Positions 12,246 to 23,659 of a stretch of DNA of 64,000 nucleotides are shown one piece after another. The notes under the pieces were generated by a model. That model was not told the origin of the DNA and made no database searches. It saw only the letters and a list, made by a program, of their open reading frames with translations. Both the position numbers and the translations under genes were made by a program. Within the stretch, counting starts at the first letter, position 1; the number at the start of each line of letters is the position of its first letter. This stretch comes from Takakia lepidozioides. Its lineage: Eukaryota > Plantae > Bryophyta. The DNA lies in assembly GCA_030704615.1 (NCBI GenBank), contig CM060733.1, positions 64,852,001 through 64,916,000 on the forward strand. The letters run 5' to 3'.

Positions 12246-15200
12246 AATCAAAGACCTCTCCATGTCACCGTATCTATAGGGTCTCCGAAAGATTGGTGTG
12301 TCCGTGGCCAACTCAATACGAATCTCCTGACCCTTCAGTGCTCCCAAATCCTTCAAATTGAAGGCAAAGCAATTCTTGTAAGCCCTCAGGAACCGCCGTA
12401 TACGTCGTCTCTCTCCTCCAGTGACAATGGGTCCAATGTCAGGCTCCCAATTGTCCTCCGTAACTGCAACCTTAAGTCCAGCAGACTTAGAGGTAGGAGA
12501 CGCATCCCGTGGTTGCTGTGCCGCAACCTCTTGAGCAGTACTCATTGCCTGCTCAATCAATGACAAGGCCTCATTCTGCCCCATCATCTCATCCTTGAGG
12601 ACCTCCTCAACTTGAGAAGAATCCCCAACCTCATCCATCACAGCCGCCTTGGCTGCCAACTCCCTCTGAACCTCGAGCACCTCCCACGTGTGCCATGGAT
12701 GTCTACACCCCGTGGTCCTCACCGGCTCGCCCCCACTCACTGCCTGTACCGTCTCGGTAGGCAGAGAGACCGTCAAGGGAAGTGCACTCCGCACTCTACG
12801 TTGCTCAGCCATAGCCAAGCTGATAATCCGGGTCAAGCAATTTAGATCCATCGCTTGCCCCAACACCTAACGACGTGATGCCTCAGAAAGAGAAGGCACC
12901 GCCATGGTCCCAGTGGAAAAACCCATAGCCCACTCTCGCTCGTCGGCATTAGGCTCCACTAACTGCTGCAACTGAGCATCCCACAGGAGGCCGGGTCCAC
13001 TATCCCGGAAAGCATGCGATCCTGGGAAGCTGAGCAGTGTAGGTAGTGTTGCTCGTGGTCGACCCACCTTGTTGACCATTGCCAAAGACGGACGGTCATC
13101 GTGTCTCACACGCTGAGACTACCTCCCTGTGTCCAAGATGCTATCAACTGTGAGGTGTGCTGGTCGCTGCACCCCATCAAATGCACGCTTAAGCAGTGCG
13201 GGTGGCATCAAGTTAGTCCACCATAGCCGTGGACGATGAGCTCGTGACCCCACTACAGCTGCATCCAGCAACACTGCTGACCCAAGCCACGACCGGACTT
13301 GATGCACACTGGCCATCACCCTGGCCCGAGAATCGCCCAACAGTGGCACATTCTCCAAGATGTATGCTGGAGATACAGCTTGATGTAGCTGTAAGTGGCG
13401 CAAGACCCGCACCATCTCCCAAAACAGACCCGACCTCGAGTCTCGCAATCCATTGCCATGCCTGGCTGATGAATGCCCTTGGCAGGGCCAACCTGCCACT
13501 ACCAAATCAATGGAGCCAACCCGCTCCAAATCCTGCGCCCCCAGCAAAGAGATGTCTGCTGGCAAGGCCTGCTGATATCCACGAACCGCAGACATCGGCA
13601 ACAACTCAGGGTACTGCTGCACCAACTGAGCAACATGGCGTAGGGAGATGCGTCATGCGGTCTCATCCCTCTCCACATACAAGCAACGCCGTACTCGTAT
13701 ACCTGCCTGTAGAGCAACAGCCAACCCGGTGCTGATCCCGCCAAACAAGTCCAGAAGGCAAATGCCTTCATCCGGACGCTGCCACACGATCGGTGTGGTG
13801 TCTAATGGTGACAACTAAGGTGGTCCTGGTGCAATCCCCGCACTGTCCTCCTCTCCTTACGGTACAAAAACCTCTACCCAGGCTTGTTGCACACGCCAAT
13901 CAGCAACCCGCTGCAAATCCTTGCTCGAGCCCCACAATGGAGTGTGAGCAACCATGGCAGGCAACTCCGCCATACCATACATGTCATCCTACTCTCCCGG
14001 AGGTGACACATCCTCTGAATGAGTGTTGCCATCCAACAACTCTCCAGGCCAACTCTCTGCAGCTGTGAATGCTGCCAGTGTCCGCATCTTGCATCGCTGG
14101 GCAACCGCAACTCCTCCTATGAACGTCACAGGGAGCTGCACACGCCGGCCCTCCCTTGACTGCCATGTAGGCCTATAGGAAGCTGACTCCTCCCAAAAAT
14201 CCAGGGTGAAGCCCATGGGGTACAACACTGCCCCACCAACAAGGACATCGTACGAGACCGCGTCTATCACAATGGCCTTGGCTCTCATCACTGAGCCATC
14301 TGTAGGATGATCCGGCTGTAGTCGGATAGCCAACTCACGCCGTGTCATGCCCCGAGCCTGCTCTGATCCTCCCAGAGATGTCTGTATCTGGAAAGGGCAC
14401 GGCTCCATATCCGCCTCCGTGATGCCCAAGCCTGCAATAGCAGCTCTGCCTAGCATCAATGGCTGAGCTCCCGAGTCCAACAAGACCCGCAGTGGCCGGT
14501 ACCTCTCGCCTGCCGGTCCACTCAAACAGAAAATATCATCATGGTTGTCTAACATGACAACTCCAGGTGTCACCATGGCGTGCTCAATGGCTGGCCTAGC
14601 TGGCAGCTCCATCAACCTGGCAGCTGCAGCTTGCCATGGCGCCGCCGTGGCAGTCTTGACCCTCACATCCGAAGATCACTCCGGCACTACACCTCCCACT
14701 ATCTCCGCAGAAGATAAAGTAACCTCCCCACTCTCACAGAGTGTAGCTGCCAGCCTGAACACCTCAGCTAGTCTTACCCCCGGTGTCGCAATCATGGTAA
14801 CCGAGAACAATGGAGCCTGGCACACAGCTGTGGCCGCCCCCAACAGCACACTAGTTGCCGTAGCCTTGGCAACACTAGGTAGTGGTGCTGCCCGTGTAGC
14901 TCTCCCCAATGGCATAGTAACCTCCGCCTCGGTAACAGTCGGGCGAGAACTAGGTGCCATGGACGGCGTCGACACTGTCTCCACCAATGTAAATAACTGA
15001 GGAAGCCTGGTCTGGCGGCTTGCCTCCCCACGCTGTGGATCCAACTCCACCTCCGCACCCTGTGGCTCAGGAACTCGTGTTGCTCCTCGAGTCACTGCCG
15101 CAGCTGACTCCACTTGCACTAGTGGTAGTCCTGCCCCGCACATAGTGGTAGTGGTAGTGCTGCCCGGCACTAGTGGTAGTGGTGCCCCACCCACAGTGGT

Positions 15201-18200
15201 AGTGGTAGTGGCACCCCTTATTAGTGGTAGTGCTGCCCCGCACATGAATCCCATGCCTCCCATGTCTCCTGCCTCAGGAGCAGGAGGTGGACCATCCGGC
15301 CTTGGAGCCGGTACCACCTAAGCTGTGGCCATGGCAGCGAGCCTCTGCTCTAGCTGCTGAAGCCGGTTGGCCATGCCTTGGTCACCACCCTGACCTCCGC
15401 GTCCTTGGCCATGTTGAGCTTGCCCTTGGTCTGCACCTTGTGTCCGGCCACCTTGTCATCTCTGGGCTGCTCCACCTCGCCCCCGGCCACCATTGTTCCC
15501 TTGGAACTGGCCTGGGCGCAACTCAGGGTGCAAACCATAGCACTGGGCTTCTCCATGCCCGTACTTGCCACAATGCCCACACTGCAACTATGCAGGCTGT
15601 GCCGGTGCCAAACCATTGCCTCCCTCTGGGCAATCCTTCTTGATATGGGGTCCTCCACATGTCCAGCACACCACATCCGCCCGTTGTTGGCTTGCAAATG
15701 AAGGGAGAGACCCCTGCATCTGAGGTCCTCTCTGTCCTTCCCTGGGCTTCACCTTAACTCCCTTGTTGCCTTGAGCACGTTGAGGTAGTGGCTGGCTACG
15801 AGGACCACTACCCCGTGGTGCCTCCTTAGCAAATCCCACCATGACCACTCGTTCCTCCACCATGTTGAGCTCTATCCGCTCTGCTAGCAAAAACACATTT
15901 GCTAAGGTGGGTTGGGCCGCTTGTAGGAGAGTTGCATCCCGCACCCTTCTCCTCAGCTCCTTGTCCAATATCCCATACCAGAATTGGACTGCCTGAGCCT
16001 CCGTAACCCCTTGGGTTACATTAATCAAGCACCTCATGCGAGTGAAAGCCTCCCTCAAGCTCTCAGTAGGCTTCCGTTGGAACTCTTGCAAGTTCCTCAA
16101 CTTCTCTGTCCTCACCCCTTGGTAGTTCCTTCTCAACTCTTCGAAGAACTCCACAACAGGGTTGAAGGCAGGCACCGCCACTGTGCTGGTGTAGCAGTAG
16201 CTTGGGTGGACGTCGTAGTTGTTGTACCACTAGTCCCACTACTGCTCGTGGAAGCTGCTGTTGTAGCTGTTGTTGCTGGTGCAGTTGCCGGTGTGGCTGC
16301 TGCCCTAGTGCCTCTAGTGCCTCTAGTGATGGAGACATAGTCGGGTGACTAGTACATCCTCCACTCCTCGATCTCAACATCAGGCCCCCGCCTAAACTCA
16401 TGGTAATCATCCATGGGCGGCCCCTCAAGGTGCTGAAACAACCCCTTCCCTGCCATGAAAGGCGTAAACAGTTATGGATTGCGCATTTGCTGCAAGTCAC
16501 ACCAACTATCAAGCTCTTGGATAAAATCATCCAACTCAATGGTGCCCACCGCCCCAAAGTACCTTCGTGGCCCCTTGGTGGCTCCATACATCTCCTCCAT
16601 TGTGTCCCACAACAATGGCAAGGAAACAACTTGCACCGCCGGTGTGAGTCCTCTTGATTCACAATCCGAATCAGAACCTTCCGTAGAAGACACAGGAGGT
16701 GAAGGTGGCCTAAACCGCACACCTCGTCTCGTATACCTACTAATATTGCTAGTGCTCGTACCGGCACTTTCCCCAGCAACTAGTGGCACCTCCGTGTTGA
16801 CAAACTGACACTCAACCGGTCATGAACCTGTCTCTAACCCCCTCTCCACAAGGTAACCAGGTAGAGAACCTGATGCAGCTTATGGTTTGGAATACTAGGT
16901 TCCTAACATAGCCTGCATCTACACCTGCATCCACCGCAGGCACTCCTATAGTTGGCTGGTCATCACCTCCAACCTCACCATAGGAGAAACAAAGATGGTC
17001 TGACTGGTCATCAACCCAGCCTCACCATCGACAGCATGCTCTAGGGTGGGATCGGCGATCAAGCCCGAGTCCACCACCTATAAAATCAAGCGCCCACACA
17101 AAACTAGCATGGCGCACAATCAAGCATGCAGGTGTGGAGGGGATCCAAACACAAGAATGAAAACAACAACTCCCCCACACCAAAAATCTCTCCACAGTGT
17201 CGCTCCTGCAACCCAGCCCAAACCCGGACTGACTCTTGCTTCCACCTACGGAAAGGTCTCGGCCTACAGAGAAGGTGGAAAGCTACGAGGAAGGGAAACT
17301 AAAGCAATGTCTATCCCCAGCACGCTCTCATCCCAACACCCTCTTTTTTTCCTCTCTTCTCTCACTTGCATGACCATGAGAGCATCCTGTAGACACTCCT
17401 CAAACCGCCCTCCACGAGCTCATGAAACTTGGCCTCCAAGGCCCCATGCAAGCCTCCATAGGGTCCGCCAGTGCCTCCTCTTGTCCACCAGTCATTCCTC
17501 AAAATGGAACCACCTCAGGAAACCATGTCGTTCACTGAAGGTTCAAAGATGGAGCAAATAGAGGTACATATAGGCCCCAACAACATTCTGTCCGAAGGAA
17601 TTACCTGCAGGCTGGTCTTCCCCATAGTTAAGAATTGGGCTGAAAACCCAAAAAGATTACCTGCAGGGAAGTAATCCCCTTTGTTAAAACGCAACATGGA
17701 GGCAATTCCGAATTTTCTGCCGGATCAGCTAGCTCAAAACCATTGTTCTTTAGAGCCCAGCCTCCCCATCAAGGTCCCACGAAACGAGTGAAAAAAGTTT
17801 TTTTTTTTTTTTTTTTTTTTCACTCTTTCTGTTCGCGGCCTTCCGTGGCTCCAACCGCCACTACTCCTCACGGCCCGCCCTAGGCGCTCGTTGGCCACGG
17901 GCTGCCCAGTGATACCCCGTGGTACCACTCCCACGAGCCTTCACGGCCCGCCATCCCCATGATCTGGTCACCGTGCCCACCCGTTGTGTCCGCACCACTA
18001 CTTCCAACGGTCACGGTCAACCATCACGACCTGGGCTCGTGGTATCTCGTGATACCGCCCCAACGGCCCATCACGGCCACTATTCTCTGTTCCCTGGAAC
18101 TCCCAACGAGTTCCCATGCGTTCCTGAGGCGTTCCCGAGCTGGGGTTTGCTCCTGCACCTGCTGCCGGCGAGCTATGGCTTATGCGGAGCCATCAGCCCC

Positions 18201-19349
18201 GTCGCCCTACACTCCTGAGCTCCCACGGCCCACTAGAAGCGCCCCTAGCTCAACAAGCAAGCCATATGCTGCCCAACAAGCTCCATTTTCTCATGAAGCT
18301 TACAAAAACAAATCTGAAAATACACACCTTTACAACCTTGGTGTACCTGCAGTTCTACTGCACATCCCCTGGCTCTAGGGCGCCTCGTTGCTGCCCTTCC
18401 AGCCCCGCTCTTGCCACTCCAAGAGCCCTTACACTGTTGAGTTTCAGATTGAAACTCCAACTCAGCACATGTTTCACAAGTGCACTGATTTGCACACAAG
18501 AGGGACCAGCCCCCTCTCTTCACTCATACCTCTTCATGAGCTTGGAGCTGAAGCTCCCAACGGGCTACGATGCATCCCCTTGTAGCTCCACCATTCGGCT
18601 GCTCCTCATCTACCCGCAACAACTAGTTTCGGGCAGAAATACCTGGAGCTCATCATGTCATCTCCAACCTGCAACACGCTAGTTTCCCATGCGCAACCCA
18701 CATTTCTGCAGCTCCTTAACTCGGCCTGCAGCTGAAGAAGACGACCACCAAATCGCCCACTCGTGGCCAACATCTCATCTGCTTCACACTATAAGCCCAA
18801 ACTTGGTTGCCATAGCGTTGAGCTATGCAACGCCGCTCTTCAATATAGGCTACCCGCCTCTCTATCCATGGCAAACCTACAACCTGTTCGCCTTTGCACT
18901 CTATCCGCTTTGGATAGGCTCATGCACGGCTCCCTGCACTCTAGGCTGAACCGCTTCTCATGATTTGAAAACACAAATGCTACAACTAACTCGAACCTGG
19001 CACTCACAGACTCGAGCTGATCTTTCTCGAGTGATAAGGAAATGAATAATACAAGCATACGAGCTCTCTCAAACTCACACACTTACACATGAAAAACATC
19101 ACTCATATATTAAGTCGAGCCAAGTGCACCCCACGCCATGGGGAATCCACACTACGGCGCCATAGCTAGACGCGGTGAGGCTCAACTCGAGAAAGATGAG
19201 CCCACCGCGATCTGCCGTGAAGATAACAACGTCAGGTGCCCAAACATGTATTGGCCCCTGGATTGACACTTGGATCAATCCCAAATGTCAATATATAAAA
19301 GCTAACTATTTCCTAGCTAACTTCACACTAGTGGTAAAATAACTTGACA
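12243..19349 (-). mobile_element. Ty3/gypsy 5' portion (LTR/leader, gag, protease, DNMT, start of RT); right arm and loop of fold-back
   Basis: Ends CTTGACA at 19349. ORF pieces 15588-16181, 14676-15317, 13989-14666, 13119-13625, 12867-13109 and 12240-12866 are all in one frame separated only by stops. Two Zn knuckles, protease RVLLDSGA...YDVLVG, and gypsy RT N-terminus FLRAYKNCFAFNLKDLG...IRIEL...PIFRRPYRY. Confidence 0.92.
12815..13770 (-). pseudogene. DNMT3-like C5-cytosine DNA methyltransferase domain inside the gypsy polyprotein
   Basis: Motif I LLDLFGGISTG (~13760), II YVERD, IV DLVVAGWPCQGHS, V SGLFWEMVRVL, VI YILENV, VIII LDAAVVGSRAHRPRLWWTNL, IX/X EREWAMGFSTG...SRR*VLGQAM. Three in-frame stops fall within the domain. 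Confidence 0.92.
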
Positions 19350-21699
19350 GAGATATTGGTCGGGTTATGCACTACCGAGATCCTATCGAGGGTTTGGCAT
19401 CTTTGTTTTCGTCCCCCAAAATTGCAGAGGGTTTTCAAATGGTTCCAATCATGGAACCCAATGAAGCTGGTTCCAAGTTTTCTACCCCAAACACTGCTCT
19501 ATGGTGGGATGCCATGCAAGTATGTTCATCTGCAATTTTGGAGGTCTGGATTTGTACAAATTAGATTTTTTGATGCCAAAAATTGTTCTACATTCGTGGG
19601 ATGACTCAATGCATGGACTTGATGCTTGTTCTTTTCAAAAGTAAGAGGCTAATTTATTCTCATATTTTATGTATTTTTGATGCAGCACCATATAATGTGT
19701 CCTGGAGGAGTAATAGCTCCTTTGATCTTCTACAGCGACCAAACAACCCTCTCTAATGATGGAAGGGTGACTAGTTATCCCTTAGTGATGACAATTGGGA
19801 ACATTGCATGCGAGGATAGAGGTTTGGATGAAGGGCATTTGTTGCTTGCTGTTTTACCTGTTCTGTCAACGACTGATGCATCACATGAACGAAGACTGCA
19901 AATTTTTCATGAGTGTCTCGGACACATCCTGGAACCATTGAAGAAGGCCAGTTACAGGTTCGAAACCTTTTCTTTTTGGATCAAATAGGTGTAAAGTGAA
20001 GGTTAGGACTTAAAGGAGACATGGATTGGACTAAGAATGATTTTATCTTGTTTGTTGGTTGCAGTGGTCTACCTTTGTTAGACCCTTTTGGTGAAGAACA
20101 GTGGGTATTTCCACTTCTATATGCCTACGTTTGTGACCATCCAGAGGGATGCAAGGTGACTTTCAAAATCCTCCTTCCACTGAAAATCCCAGACAATTTT
20201 TGCTGAACTTCCTACTTTAATATACATATTTTCTTTTTCTCTCTTTTGCAGGTTACTGCCACATATGACACAAACCTATGTCAATTTCCCTGCAGCATGT
20301 GTCTATGCCCAAAAGACAAATTAAAAAGCATTGGAGAGAAGTTTCCTTATCGAACAGAAGCTACAATGAAAAGCATTGTGGATGACATGCTCACAAAATC
20401 AAAGAAGGCGGCCAATGAGCTCTCCAAAAAATATTCTTTGCATCCAGTGAAGGTATAATCTAGGAGAGATCAATTAGCTAACCATTAGGTCAAAAAATAC
20501 ATTATAGTGTAGAGATTTGTTTTGTGTTTGATCAACTAGACTTGCCCAAATCAGCACACCAATGTGAGCTGAAACAATGGTGGTCCTATGTACGTGAAGA
20601 AGATAATATAATTTGTATGGAATGTGGACAGTGCGCACTTTGGGGCTTTAATGGGGGCGACACAGATCTTGGAAATCCTTACAAGACAGTCAATGTGGAT
20701 ATCTGATTTGGGTGTATTCAAGACCTTAGTGGAAATATTAAGGAATATTTCTATGGATTCCCCACGGAATATCCTCTCTGCCTTAGATCAACGACTGCTA
20801 ACGATCAAGTTTGTATCAAGATTCTCCGAGTTCCGGGTGCCAAGCACTGATAAAGGGGGATACTTTTCATCTAATGCTAAATTTGCTGCACTTGAACACC
20901 GGTCTGTCATGCAGGTAGATATGTATTCTTTTTCACTTTGTCCCCAAGCTTTGGCTTTAGTCAAGTAAAAACAAACTCCATTCTAATATGTGAAGTGTGT
21001 TGTGTTTCAGGTTATAATACTTTGTATGGTGGGCCTCTATCATCCGAATATCGTAGGAGCAATTGTAAAATATCTACGATGGTATGAAGTTGCTTGTCGA
21101 ACAAAGGAGCATGATGATGCATCATTGGCTCGAATGGATATGCTGATGCTCGAGTAAGAAGGTTCTAACCTTTTTCTTATTCTATTTTCTTATAACCTAT
21201 CATTCTTATTCTATTCTTAAGAAGATTATGACCTATTTTTATTTTGCAGAGCCATCAACACGTTCTTGACAACTTTTTCTACATGGCAAAGGTCGGGTTT
21301 TAATCTTGTCAAAGTCCATGCTATGTCACACTACTCTGACGCCATAAGAAGGTTTGGGGCTCCTTTTGAGTATAGCTCAAATAAAGAAACCTCATGGGCG
21401 GTTACAAAATACATTTTCATGTTTCTCCTCACTTTGCCAGCCAACTTAGTGATCTGCACCCAACTCCTTACTGGTGTTGTCTAGGCTAATTAAAAAAATT
21501 GCATCAGAGATAATTGCATCCATCAACAGTGGCTATCCACCCTCTGAGCAACTGCTCAAGTGCTCCTGTGCTGTGTAGCCCTCATTTTTGGTCGCGCTCC
21601 ATTTCTAGCTCAATCGATATCAAATTCCCCAAGACATGAATGACCAAACTTGTTACTGAAACAACTTGAACATGGTGCTTTTGGTTTTGCACATCATGT

Positions 21700-21890
21700 G
21701 GAGTTGGGGGGGGAAGACAAGGTGGGGAGAGGGGCCAAAAGGGGTACAGAGGGGAGGGTGGAGGTGGCGGTGGGGGGGGAGGCAAGGTGGGGAGAGGGGG
21801 CAGAAGGGGGACAAAAGGGAGGGTGGAGGTGGAGGTGGAGGTGGAGGTGGGGGAGGGAGGCAAGGCGGGGGGCGGAGGGGGTGAACGTCT
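21700..21890. repeat. G-rich low-complexity tract with (GGAGGT)n
   Basis: Two imperfect copies of a G-rich unit plus GGTGGA repeats. Confidence 0.7.
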
Positions 21891-23659
21891 CCGCGTCCTC
21901 CGCCTGGGAATATACACAGGGAACTTACATTCACACAGTAGGGTTGGTCTTCTATGCACCCTACCGTTTGCGCTACAATTCCTAAGCCATCTAAGTGATT
22001 CACAATTTTCACAGTCACATCCTACACACCTATGCGACCTAAACTCTTCATCTGACATGATTCGTACAGGGGCCATAAGATGGATTGGTAGACCTCTCTC
22101 TGAATGTCCCCTGCTATCCAGCTACTCAGTTGTGACAGCCTCCAGCCATTAGCACCTTCCTTTGGATGACTGCAAGTGGCTTGTCCAACGAAGTTGCTCT
22201 AGTTAGATGGAACTGCCATATCTGTAAGGCGCATCCCCAAATTGTTATCAGTTCCACAGTCTAAGTCCCAACAAGAATACGAGTGTGGGTCAGAGTCTCA
22301 TCCTTGTTGTCAGATTCTGGAGCAGAAAGAGAGACTGGAATTTCTTTGGCATCATATTCTTTATTGCTAACCTCAAAAAAGAAAACATACGGCATAAATT
22401 AAAATTCATTTGGTTGTAGACAGCTGGAGGATCTCAAAACTCACAGAACTGAATGTGTGCATAATGATTTTCTCATATTTAAGAAAAAACAGGAAATATG
22501 GTACTTACAAAGCAAAATCAGAGTTCGATGGTGCAGTCTTGCACCCATTCAGGTTACCAGGCTTAGTCTTGTACTCCCTTTTCCCAAGTGTAACTGCAAT
22601 CACATTTTTTTTTTAGTGCAATCTCTCTCTCTCTCGACGAGCTTTCCGTGGACGTTATAAAGCATCATTTCATTTCATTTCTCTCTCTCCCTCTTTCATA
22701 GAATTGCAAAAGAACACCCATGTACCTCATCTGTAGACATGACTCTGATGTAGTGCAGCTGATGTAGTGCATACTGAGTAAGAGATTATAAATTCAGACA
22801 AAAGGGCCCACCATAGCAAGAACAAGAAGTTTGAAAAGGGGGGACCCACAAATAGAGATAAAAGTGCATTGACCGAGGCACTACGAGGGCATCGGCCACC
22901 ACCCAGCAACGGAGAGAAGGACTACTTCCACAAGACACACAACAAGATTAAACACCAGACATTATAGACAAGGGGTAGAGAGAAGACGACATTTACATAC
23001 CCCAAGGCGAAGAGACCATCGTGCTGGTCCAAGCGTTGAGAGGGCTCCAGGATCGAGCTCGAGATGCAATGCAAAATCTTGGCCCACGCCACTCCACTCT
23101 ACAAGAATCCGTCCCCGCACCACTCTCCCCGATACTTCATAACCCACAGCTCACCTGCTCCCAGCAGCAGCTGGCTCCCACTATATCCACCTTGCAAAAG
23201 CTTCAAGCAGAGGCAGAGCTATAGTGCCACAAGAATGCGAGGGTTCCACAAAGAAGTGAGAGTGTGACAGTGTCCAATTTGAGGTGCGAGAGAGCGATAG
23301 GTGCGTAGTTCTACGCAGTGAGCAGAGATTTTGAGAGACCTCCGAGTCTGGGTGACGGCCAAATACCTGGTGAGGAAGACCGTCGCTCAAGACACGCATC
23401 TGCTGAAAAACCTGATGGAAAGATGTCTGTCACCCCCACATTAAAAAATCTTCATTCCCTTGGATGGTAGTAGCCCTATAAAGAAGCCTTATACTCCCAT
23501 TCATCCACTCCCATCCATACATCCATCCCATGGGCGGGGAAGAGTGGAGACGACGAAATGGAAGGACTCCTGGAGGCTCCCGCTTTGCACTTTTCTTTTT
23601 CTCGCTACGCGCTGTGCTTTGGAAGCTTCAGGAGCAATGGTGGTGTAGTGGATCTTGAA

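Larger units (their letters stand above)
7471..19349. repeat. Long inverted repeat: arms 7471-12245 and ~14435-19349 (~4.8 kb each), spacer ~2.2 kb
   Basis: Continuous reverse-complement similarity, with scattered substitutions and indels, from the terminal TGTCAAGTTATTTTACCACTAG to the protease motif. Confidence 0.95.
7360..21380 (+). pseudogene. Intron-containing Plavaka-family transposase pseudogene, split by the gypsy fold-back (pieces ~7360-7470 and 19350-21380)
   Basis: Spliced motifs HYRDPIEGLASLFS, PLIFYSDQTTLS...YPLVMTIGNI, IFHECLGHILEPL, LYAYVCDHPEG, PCSMCLCP, DLGVFK and FNLVKVHAMSHYSDAIRRFGAPFEYSS. GT-AG introns at e.g. 19520-19685 and 19958-20064; frameshift at ~20700; truncated after ~21380. 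The upstream piece EIPNATWITEKIDV...ELPKD is less certain. Confidence 0.82.

Noticed and set aside
7471-19349. DIRS/tyrosine-recombinase element (inverted termini, no TSD, methyltransferase)
   Set aside because: It has an aspartic protease and a gypsy-type RT start, no recombinase, the MTase is C5-type, and the inverted arms include gag, so it is a rearranged gypsy.
21582-22152. Proline/glycine-rich ORFs resembling extensins or formins
   Set aside because: They derive from a G-rich low-complexity tract and show no gene structure.
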